Assembly: GCF_006345805.1 (NCBI RefSeq)
Contig: NW_021836363.1
Span: 1 to 25,152 of the forward strand
DNA length: 25,152 nt
Source of the DNA: Octopus sinensis
Lineage: Eukaryota
Direction: 5' to 3'
Notes under the pieces: model-generated
Databases searched by the model: none
What the model was told of the DNA's origin: nothing
The model's input: the letters and a program-made list of their open reading frames with translations, nothing else
In this document: one piece after another, positions 12,101 through 24,166 of the stretch
Layout of the letters: every line of letters starts with the position of its first letter
How positions within the stretch are numbered: position 1 is the first letter of the stretch
Translations under genes and position numbers: made by a program

Positions 12101-13183
12101 TCGATTCCGATAAAAAATCTTAAGGCCCCACTAGTGGGGATGAATGTTCTGCCTTGAGGGACCCTGCTGCATTTGCTTTCTCTTTACAGCTGTGTCAACA
12201 CCCTCAGCGCTGCGTCGGTGCAGAGGGTCAAGGAAGGGGACAAGATCCATGGCTACACTGTGGAGAAGGTAAGCTTTACAAGCACACACCACCAGCACCA
12301 CTACTCTTACTACTCTTACCATTGTTGCCACTACCACCTCCTCTGCAAGTGTCACTATTACCATTGCCAACACCACCGGTCATCACCAGTACTACCACCA
12401 CCGTCACCACCACCATCATCATCATCTCTATTGTCGTCAGCACCACCATCACCATCAATACCAGCATCACTACCACCATCGTCATCACCACCGCCACCAA
12501 CTACCACCACCACTACCACCATCATCACCACCCACCATCATCACTACCTACCATCAATACCACCACCGCCATCATCATCATCATCATCATCTCTATTGTT
12601 GTCACCACCATCAGCATCACCACTACCACCACCACCACTATCATCACCACCATCACCACTACCACTACCACCATCATCACCGCCCACCATCAATACTGCC
12701 ACCACCACCACCTGGCTGAATCGTTAGCATGCAGGACGAAATGCTTAGCAGTATTTCATCTGCCGCTATGTTCTGAGTTCAAATTCCACCTAGATCAACT
12801 CTGCCTCTCATCCTTTCAGGGTGGGTAAAACAAGTACCAGTCGAACACTGGGGTTGATGTAATCAACTAGTTCCTCCTCCCCCCAAATGGCTGTCCTTGG
12901 GGCAAAATCTGAATCCAAGCACCATTCAAGCATGGCTGATTCCAGTACTGCGTGACTTGCACCTGTGCTGGTGGCACATAAAATGCTCCCACTACACTCT
13001 TGGAGAGGCTGGCATTAGGAAGGGCATCCAGCTGTAGAAACACTGCCAGATCAGACTGGAGCCTGGTGCAGCCTTCTGGCTAGCCAGTTCTCAGTCAAAC
13101 TGCCCTGACCCATGCCAGCATGGAAAGTGGACATTAAACGACGATGACGATAATTATTATTATTATCATTATTATTATTATTG

Positions 13184-13217
<34 letters not shown>

Positions 13218-13441
13218 TCGTTTAACATCCGCTTTCCATGCTAGCATGGGTTGGATGGTTCGACCGGGGATCTGATAAGCCATGGAGGCTGCACCAGGCT
13301 CCAATCTTGATCTGGCAGTGTTTCTACAGCTGGATGCCCTTCCTAACACCAACCATTCCGTGGGTATAGTGGGTGTTTTTTACATGCATGCCACCGGCAC
13401 GGAAGCCAGTCAAGGTGGCGCTGGCATCGGCCATTATTATT

Positions 13442-13517
<76 letters not shown>

Positions 13518-14095
13518 TATTATTATTATTTATTATTTATTATTATTTATTATTATTATTATTATTATTTTTATTTATTATTATTATTTATTATTAATAT
13601 TATTTATTATTAATATTATTTATTATTATTTTTATTTATTATTATTTATTATTAATATTATTATTATTAATATTATTTATTATTATTATTATTATTATCA
13701 TAAATAAATATTATTATTATTATTCTGTTTTTATTGCTGTTGTAGATTTCTGCTATTCCGGAATTATTTATCTCAACCGTATCACTACGTCACGACCAGA
13801 CTGGAGCACAGCATCTCCATCTTGACCGAGATGACAACAACAATGCTTTCGGGTTAGCAATATTCTTTATTCTCTGTTACTCTTTTACTTGTTTCAGTCA
13901 TTTGACTGTGGCCATGCTGGAGCACCGCCTTTTAGTCGAGCAAATCCACCCCCAGGACTTATTCTTTGTAAGCCTAGGACTTATTCTAACGATCCCTTTT
14001 GTTGAACTGCTAAGTTACAGGGACATAAACACACCAGCATCGGTTGTCAAGCGATGTTGGGGAGACAAACACAGACACACAAAGATACACACACA

Positions 14096-14137
<42 letters not shown>

Positions 14138-14548
14138 TACGACGGGCTTCTTTCAGTTTCCGTCTGCCAAATCCACTCACAAGGCTTTGGTCAGCCCGAG
14201 GCTATAGTAGAAGACACTTGTCCAAGGTGCCACACAGTGGGACTGAACCCGGAACCATGTGGTTGGTAAACAAGCTACTTACCACACAGCCACCCCTATT
14301 ATATTTTACTTCTTTTTTTTCTTTAAATATCTTATTTTTGAAAAATTAGTCCCAGGCATGGCAGCATGGTTATGAAGCTTGCTCCACACCCTTGTTATTT
14401 CAGGTTCAATCCCACTGTATGACACCTTGGACACGTGTCTTCTATCATAGTTCCGGGTCAACCAAAGCCTTGTGAATGAATTTAGTAGACAGAATCTGAA
14501 AAGAATCCTCTCTCTCTCTTTCTCTGTCTCTCTCTTTCTCTCTCTCTC

Positions 14549-14601
<53 letters not shown>

Positions 14602-15636
14602 CTCTCACACACACACACAAACACACACTGAAACAGACATATCTGTGTGGTAAGAAGGTCACTTTCCAACCATATGGTCTTAGGTTGGGACCCACTGTGT
14701 GATACTTTAGGTGTCTCCTCCTATAGCCCTGGCTGACCAAAGCCATGTGAGTGGATTTGGCAGAGGGAAACTGAAAGAAGCCTGTTCTATATGTATATAT
14801 GTGTGTGTGTGTTATTGGCATAGAAATTAATGACGACGAAATTAAGATAACTTAATTAATTTGAGCAATCAGTAATGCTGTTAAAACAGCAACTCCCAGC
14901 CAATCATTCCAACATCTAACGATGCATGATAATTGCTTTGTTTTCTTTGTTCTCCTAATTGACAGCGTTATGTTCCGTACCACTCCAATGGACAGCACCG
15001 GAGTCCCACACATTCTTGAGCACACGGTCCTTTGTGGTTCTAGGAAGTTTCCTGTGAGAGACCCATTCTTCAAGATGCTCAACAGATCGCTGGCTACTTT
15101 CATGAATGCCATGACAGGTATATTATATATTATATGTCACTTGCATACATATGGTTTAACTCTTATTTCTAGCAATGCTTGTACCATTTAGTACTCTCTG
15201 TCACTTGAGTAACATCTTTAAATTTGCCTTTACTACTCTTTTACTTGTTTCAGTCATTTGACTGTGGCCATGCTGGAGCACCGCCTTTTAGTCGAGCAAA
15301 TCGACCCCAGGATTATTCTTTGTAAGCCTAGTACTTATTCTATCGGTTTATTTTGCTGAACCGCTAAGTTACAGGGACGTAAATACACCAGCATCGGTTG
15401 TCAAGCAATGCTAGGGGGACAAATACAGACACACAAACGTATACACACACATACATATATATATACATATATACGATGGGCTTCTTTCAGTTTCCGTCTA
15501 CCAAATCCACTCACAAGGCTTTGGTGGGCCCGAAGCTATAGTAGAAGACACTTGCCCAAGGTGCCAAGCAAAGGGAATGAACCCAGAACCATGTGGTTGG
15601 TAAGCAAGCTACTTACCACACAGCCACTCCTGCGCC

Positions 15637-15670
<34 letters not shown>

Positions 15671-18600
15671 AGTGTGTGTGTGTGTATATTATTTATATAT
15701 AAAGAATAAAAAATTTTGAATGGTACAACAATGCACTATAATACAGACAATGGGCTGTGTATACCTGTTGTAATTTAGTCATCTGATATGGTATTTTGGA
15801 ATTATATTCCTTCTTCAGATATTCTCAGATGGAGTTGCTGCTATAATCGGTTTTCCAACGGGTTTTCTTTTTTTTTTTGTTTTTGGAAGTGTCTCAGCAG
15901 TGGTCTCATGATATATATTGGACACATATGCACAGATGCAGCACGGAATTTTGTCAGTGAACAGGTCGCGGTCTCAAAGCGAAGAAAATATTTTGACAAA
16001 TTAAATTTAAATGTTGAAGTGAATCTAACGGTTTTTGTGTGTTTCTTATAAACACCTTCCACGCTGCAATTGTTTTCGTTCCAGCACATGATCTCAGATC
16101 AAATCATTTGCTATGCAAGTACATCTCCAATATATATTGGGTCATCCCATAAATAATGTGGGTTTTTTATACTTCTTTTATTTTTCAAAATTAAGATAAA
16201 CGAAATTCTTTTTTAATCTAAAATATACTCTCCTTCATTTTCAACAATGCTCTTCCATCTATTTGGTAGAATTGCAAAGCCCCTCTTCCAAAATTCACTT
16301 GTCTGTGACAAAAGTTACTCCTTCAGTACTGTCCTGACCTCATCTACAGAATTCATATTTATTCCGTCCAAATGATTTTGAAGACTGCGGAATAAATGAT
16401 AATCAGATGGGGCAATGTCTGGCAAATATGGTGGGTGGGGCATCGTTTCCCATTCAAACTGTTCCAGCCTTTGGAATGTCATCCTCACTGTATGTGGTCA
16501 AGCATTATCCTGATGGAAGAACACCTTTCGTCTTGAAACCAAAGACAGTCGATTTCCTTCTAGCGCTGACTTAAGCCACTCAAGCTGCTCACAGTAGATC
16601 TCCTTTGTTATAGTTTGGTTTGGGTTTAAAAGTTCAAAACTTCATATCCCACCAAACAGATAACAATACCTTACATGGGTGAAGACCTTCTTTAGCCTGG
16701 GGTTCCAGTGTTTCTCCTTTCCCTACCCACTGTCTTTCACACATGACATTTTTATAGAGACCCCATTTCTTGTCACCTATCACAATTTGGTCCCCAAAAA
16801 GGTTCATTCATGAGATGTGACAGCAAAGAAGAGCACACATTCACTCTCTGAATGTGATTAGACTCAGAAAGTTTGTGAGGAACCCATTGGCCCAATTTGC
16901 TGACTTTTCCAATGGCACACAAGTGTTGATGAATGGTTGAATGACCAAACCGAACCTTCTCTACCAATTCCTCAACAGTTACGATGGGATTTTGTTCCAC
17001 CAGGGTTTGCAGGACATCCTCATTGAGCTCTTCAGATCTTCTGGAATAAGGCTCATCTTCTAGGCTGTAGTTTCCGGCTCAGAATTTCTGGAACCACCGT
17101 TGACACTGGCTTACACTTATTGTCCGATCCCCATATACTGCATTAATATTCCTCTCACTTTCCGGAGGAGGATAGGAGGAGGATGATGATGATTTATTTA
17201 TTTCATTATTACTTTAATCATTCCCGTATTTAATTAACTGTTTATTTATTTGTATAATTATTGGACACGCATAGCAAGTGACTGGACCATATATCCATTT
17301 TCAACCCAGAACCAGCAAGACTTCAGGAACTTGTTGTCCATCTACCTTGATGCCGTATTCTACCCACAGTTACGAGAGCTCGACTTCAGGTAAGAATCTT
17401 TTAACGACAATCCTCCACTGCAGTGTTTCACAAGTGTTTTTTTTTTTCAATCTCCTCTTTTTCTTAAGCCCTTTGCTCCCTATTTATTTATTTATGCGCC
17501 CTTTTCAAGCCCAGCCAAGCTCATGGGCCCGGTTTCCCGGTTTCTATGGCGTATGTGCTCCCCCTCCTCCAGCTGGACGGGACGCCAGTCCATCGCGGCG
17601 TTACTCAAGAAACAGGAAGAGAGAGTGAGAGAAAGCTGGGGGCAAAAGAATACAAGAGGGGTTGCCACCACCCCCTGCCGGAGCCTCGTGGAGCTTTTAG
17701 GTGTTTTCGCTCAATAAACACACACAATGCCTGGTCTGGGAATCGAAACCGTGATCCTCCGACTGCAAGTCCGCTGCCCTAACCGCTGGGCCATTGCGCC
17801 TCCACAGCACAAATTATCAAAAGCTTTTCTCCACCGTTCTCAAGTCAGAATCGTCTTTTCTGTTTCCATCTATTTTCTTCATTTACATCATCATCATCAT
17901 TGTCATCATCATCATTTAAAGTCCATTATTATATAATACTATATGATATATTATATAACTAGCAGTATCGCCCGGCGTTGCTCAGGTTTGTAAGGGAAAT
18001 AACTATAAAGCATTTTTAGAGAGTTATAGCCAAAAAATAGCAAAAAAATGGAAAAAAAATGATGGTAAATTTGTTTTTGAGAGTTAAAAAAGGTGTCGAG
18101 TTGCGTCCCCTAGACAGTCTGTGGTTTGTGTTTCTGATTCTCGACCCCATGTCGAATTTATCGATTTTTTTCAGAACTGGGAGAACTTTTCAAAATTTTC
18201 GCTGCGTTAGTTTTGAATTATGACATTGGGCTATGTGTGTGTCAAGTTTCATCAGAATCGGTTGAAGGCCGTGGTCAGGGTGAGGGTACAAGCAAACAGA
18301 CACACAGACACACACACAGACAAACTGCCGTTTATATATAGAGAGAAGAGATACGATATATTATATACTAGCAGTATCGCCCGGCGTTGCTCGGGTTTGT
18401 AAGGGAAATAACTATATAAGCATTTTTAGAGAGTTATAGCCAAAAATAGCAAAAAATGCATTAAAAATGGAAAAAAATTGATGGTAAATTTTTTTTAAAT
18501 CGTTGACTCATCGTAGACATTTTTAGAGAGTTACTTCCCTTATATAATAGCGAAAAAATGCATTAAAATGGAAAAAATGATGGTAAATTATTTTAAAATC

Positions 18601-20654
18601 GTTGACTCATTGTAGACATTTTTAGAGAGTTACTTCCCTTATATAATAGCGAAAAATGCATTAAAATGGAAAAAATGATGGTAAATTTTTTTTTAAATCG
18701 TTGACTCATCCTAGACATTTTTAGAGAGTTACTTCCCTTATATAATAGCGAAAAAATGCATTAAAATGGAAAAAAATGATGGTAAATTTTTTTAAAAATC
18801 ATAGACTCATCGTAGATAGGCGCTAATACCCAGAAGGGCTTGATATGAATCACGACTATAAGATACCCACTTTTAGTTAAACTGTACCGCAAAATGTGGG
18901 AGTAGTTAGGAATCTAAATCGTAGGAGACAGACACACAACTTCTCTTTTATATATAAAGATAATACTGTATGATATATATAATACTATATATTTAGTGAT
19001 TGTATTTTCCTATTGTAGTCAAGAAGGCTGGAGACTGGAACACAAGGACCTCAACGACACAGAATCCCCTATTATCTTCAAAGGGGTTGTCTTCAATGAA
19101 ATGAAGGGTGTATTTGTAAGTGACTCTAAACATTTTCCTTCTTACCGATTCCTTCCACCGATTCCATCTTACCGTATCACTATTCTGTAATCTCCAATTG
19201 TTATAATTGTTGTTATTGATAAGGTGGCAAGCTGGCCGGAGCATCAGCATGTCAGACGAAATGCTTAGCAGTATTTCATATAATATAATAATGAAATTAT
19301 TGTATACAGTGCTCAAGTGCACCACAACTTGTCAAAAGTGCATATAAAGCATATGCAGTAATGTACAAATGTCTGGGAAGTGAACAGTGTATGAGTCAGA
19401 TCCATGCTTGCGTGTGTATGGAGGGGAGAAAGATCAGGTGTAGTATTGGCAAATCTCAGGAAGCATGGAAGTTTTGAAGGATGCAGTGCTCCGACAACTA
19501 ACAACTGATGCTGGCAGTTTGTTCCATACTTCAGCAACTCTTAGTGTGAAAAAATGTTTCCTAAAGTCATGAAGCTGGGCTGTTTTCTGACTTTGTAAAC
19601 ATGTCCACGGGTGTATCTCTATACGTCTTATCAACCCCTTTTGGGGTGGATAAAATAAGTACCAGGTGAGGACTGGGGTCAGTGTAATTGACCTAACTGC
19701 TCCTTGCAGAAATAATAAAAGTCAATATGACTGAGTATTCCCTGGACACTTATTGACCGGTGATCACATGACTGCAAAGGAAATTTCTACATTGCCCAGT
19801 TATATATTTCTTTACTACCCACAAGGGGCTACACACAGTGGGGACAAACAAGGACAGACAAACGGATTAAGTCGACCCCAGTGCGTAACTGGTACTTAAT
19901 TTATCGACCCCGAAAGGATGACAGGCAAAGTCGACCTCAGCGGAATTTGAACTCAGAACGTAACGGTAGGCGAAATACCCATTTCTTCACTACCTACAAG
20001 GGGCTACACACAGAGGGGACAAACAAGGACAGACAAATGGATTAAGTCGACCCCAGTGCGTAACTGGTATTTAATTTATCGACCCCGAAAGGATGACAGG
20101 CAAAGTCGACCTAGGTGGAATTTGAACTCAGAACGTAACGGCAGACGAAATACAGCTATGCATTTCGCCCAGCGTGCTAACGTTTCTGCCAGCTCGCCAG
20201 TCCAGTTATAGCCATACAGTGAACTTTATTATATTAGAATGAAAGAGAGACTTCAAGAACAGCAATAACCACTTCTACTATCAGTGGAGGGGGCTGAAAT
20301 TTTTTTTCTCGAGGGGTGGGGTGCAGTTGACTACATTGACCCTTGTGTGCAACTGGTACTTATTTCATTGACCCAAATAGGACGAAAGCCAAAATCAGTG
20401 ACCTCGGTAGAATTTGAACTCAGAGTATATACCTGGACAAAATGCCACTAAGCATTTTGTCTGACATGTTAACGCTTCTGCCAGCTTACCATCCTAAAAA
20501 TTACAACAATATTACTGGTTTCAAATTTGGTTCAGTGGAGCAGTTAGGTCAATTACACTGACCCCCCAGTCCTCACCTGGTACTATTTTATCCACCCCAA
20601 AAGGGGTTGATAAGACGTATAGACGGAAACTGAAAGAAGCCTGTCGTATATATG

Positions 20655-20697
<43 letters not shown>

Positions 20698-21003
20698 ATA
20701 TGTTTGTGTGTCTGTGTTTGTCCCCTTAACATCGCTTGATGACCGATGCTGGTGTGTTTACGTTCCCGTAGTAAATTAGCAGTTCAGCAAAAGAGACCGA
20801 TAGAATAAGTACTAGGCTTACAAAGAATAAGTCCTGGGGGTCGATTTGCTCGACTAAAAGACGGTGCTCCAGCATGGCCCACAGTCAAATGACTGAAACG
20901 AGTAAAAGAGTATGAATGTATGTATCCATCCATCCATCTTTCTCAGTCTCTCCCTCTGTCACTGATCTTTTCCTTGTTGACAAGCCCCCTCTCTCTCTCT
21001 CTG

Positions 21004-21035
<32 letters not shown>

Positions 21036-24000
21036 TCTCTCACACACACCTCATATGGTTCCTCACTATTTCCCTCTCTTCCTGCTACACACACATTTTT
21101 CTGCCTTTCTCTTTCACACTTTCTCTCTCACTCTCTTTCTTTCACTCACTCTGTTTCACATTCTTTCCCCCACCCCTCTCTCTCTCTCTCCAACTCTCTT
21201 ACATCTCTCTCTTTCTCCCCTTAATTACAGTCCAGCAATCAAAACATCTACAGACAAGCTCTGGAGAACAAACTCTACCCTAGTCACACCTATGGTGTCG
21301 TTAGTGGTGGCGACCCTGCTTTCATACCTGATCTCACCTGGAAGGATCTCGTTAACTTCCACCAAAGTCATTACCACCCTAGCAACTCAAAGTAAGTCAT
21401 TATTCACTATGTTTTTTGTTGTTCTTCTTTACTGTTGTTGTTTAGCCCTAGGCCAACTCAGAGATGGAGAAGATCTATCATCAGAAACTTTCCAGCCATG
21501 ACCATCTTGTCTAGTTTTTCTTATATATTTTTTTCCGGCTGGGTGCTGGTGTCACGTAAATGCACCTATGCTGGCTGGTGCTGCACAAAGGCACCCACAT
21601 GGTTCTGGGTTCAGTCCCACCGCACACATGAGACCTTGGACCTTCTCAATCTAAACTGTCCGATGAACAGGAATGTGAAACTCTGAGTATCAGATTTCTG
21701 TGATGGTTTTGCAGCCTTAATAATAATAAAGCATATACCATAAATCCTCGAGTGTAATCCACATTTTTTTTCCAAAAATTTAAAGGTCAAAATCCCCAGT
21801 GCGTACTATACACGAGGTTAAAAATGAAAAATATTTTCTAAGCGATGTGCGAGTCTCTATTTGGTGTCTGGCAATGTTTATTCAGACACATTTTGTGATG
21901 TCGGGCACGAAAATACCTTAAGCTAAGCCTGAAAGCAATGAAGTCATAAAAGAATCATCCATAATTTGCAGTAAGCAACATTTATTAAAATAAAAGTATT
22001 CAGAACACAGAATAACATGTAATAAAAATAATTTGCAGACATATTTACATTCCCATATAACAGTTAAGAACATCACCATTATTGTATTACGCATGCGTGG
22101 AAGTGTTTGATCGACGAGGTGCTGCTGGCTTCATTACGCACAACTCAAGTTAGAGAAACTCTTTTACTTGTTTCAGTCATTTGACTGCAACCATGCTGCA
22201 GCACCGCCTTTAGTCGAGCAAATCGACCCCGGGACTTATTCTTTTGTAAGCCCAGTACTTATTCTATCGGTCTCTTTTGCCGAACTGCTAAGTGACAGGG
22301 ACGTAAACACACACACACACACACTCACTACATATATATACATATATACGACAGGCTTCTTTCAGTTTCTGTCTACCAATCCACTCACAAGGCATTGGTC
22401 GGCCCGGGGCTATAGAAGAAGACAACTTGCAAGCCCAGGCCACACAAGTGGGACTTAACTCAGAAAACCATGTGGTTGGTTAGCAACACAAGGTTTAAGT
22501 TTTGCAGGGTACAGCCCCCTAAAAATCCTCTGCGTATTATACTCAAGGGCGGACTATACTCGAGGATTTACGGTACTCTGTCTCTGGTATTCGAGTACTA
22601 TTTTACCCCCACCTTGTTTCACATTTATGTGCTTACTTTCTTATTATCCACAGATGATACAAACAGTAGTGACATCTGATTTCAAATCTCAGTGTTTTAA
22701 TGTTTTGCTTATAAAATTTTATGCACCATGTGCTCTGTTTTTGGCGCAAAACAAAATCAGTTGCGTAGTCAGAGTTTAACGTGACAGTTATGGATTATTA
22801 CCCGGTAGGCCACACTGATGAGGCTCAGGGTTTAAATACCCAAAAGCCGAAACCTGGTTTGTGGATATCCCTAATTGCATAATATTTTTATTTTGTGCTG
22901 TTAAATGTTTTAATTCTTTCTGTTTTCCTCACATACTGTTTTTTCTCTGTTATCTTGGTGCAGCACGGTGGATTAATTTAAGACTTTAGCTCTTATTTCT
23001 AGCAGTTGGATGCTTGTTAAGCATCCTTACGCTTCAGTGATAATGAACTGAACTGAACATAACTAATCTGTACATCCTCTGATAACTTACGGCTGTTGAT
23101 TTGATGATTTCCCTCACGGCTGCATGCATATATATATATATATATATATATATAGGCGCAGGAGTGGCTGTGTGGTAAGTAGCTTGCTTACCAATGACAT
23201 GGTTCCAGGTTCAGTCCCACTGCGTGGCATCTTGGGCAAGTGTCTTCTGCTATAGCCTCGGGCCGACCAATGCCTTGTGAGTGGATTTGGTAGACGGAAA
23301 ACTGAAAGAAGCCTGTCGTATATATGTATAATATATATATGTATGTGTGTCTATATGTCTGTGTGTCTGTGTTTGTCCCCCTAGCATTGCTTGACAACCG
23401 ATGCTGGTGTGTTTATGTCCCCATCACTTAGCGGTTCGGCAAAAGAGACCGATAGAATAAGTACTAGGCTTACAAAGAATAAGTGCCGCGGTCGATTTCC
23501 TCGACTAAAGGCGGTGCTCCAGCATGGCCGCAGTCAAATGACTGAAACAAGTAAAAGAGTAAAGAGTATATATATATCACTGTCTTCCTCATAAACAGGT
23601 TGGTTCTTTCAGGTATTGGTGCCGCGTAAATGCACCTGTGCAGGTGCTGCATAAATGCACCCATGCTGGTGGTATGGAAAAAGCACCCAGCACATTCTGT
23701 TAACTGGTTGCCATTAGGAACGGCACCCAGATGTAGAACCCACACCACAACAAACAGTTAGAGTTTGGCCAGCTCATGTCAAACTGCCCGACCCATGCCA
23801 GCATGGAAAAAAAGGGATATTACACGATAATGATGATGATGGTGATGATGATGATGACAATGATGATGATGATATATATATGTCTATTCTTGTAGGTTTG
23901 TTACGTACGGCAATTTTCCCCTTGAAGACCACCTTGAGTACATCAACAGCAATTATTTGAAGCACTTCTCTGCCATTGACCCAGGCACTGCCGTTCCTTC

Positions 24001-24121
24001 AGAGACGAGGTGGACGGAGCCTGTGAGTAGCAGCTGCTTTATAGATTGTTGTCTATGTGTATTATATATATATATGTATATATATATATACATACATATA
24101 TATACATATACATATATATAC

Positions 24122-24166
<45 letters not shown>

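Noticed and set aside
11494-12113. Overlapping ORFs open in several frames across the 68-bp repeat
   Set aside because: A GC-rich 68-mer lacking stops is plausible by chance. The protein just cycles through three frames, is intronic and has no splice support.
12154-12828. Long His/Thr/Pro-rich ORFs overlapping exon 2
   Set aside because: Only 12190-12268 is coding; the rest is read-through into the intronic CAC/CAT microsatellite.
17733-17805. tRNA-like sequence on the minus strand
   Set aside because: It has A/B boxes but no proper acceptor stem and continues into a repeated body, so it is a SINE head rather than a tRNA gene.
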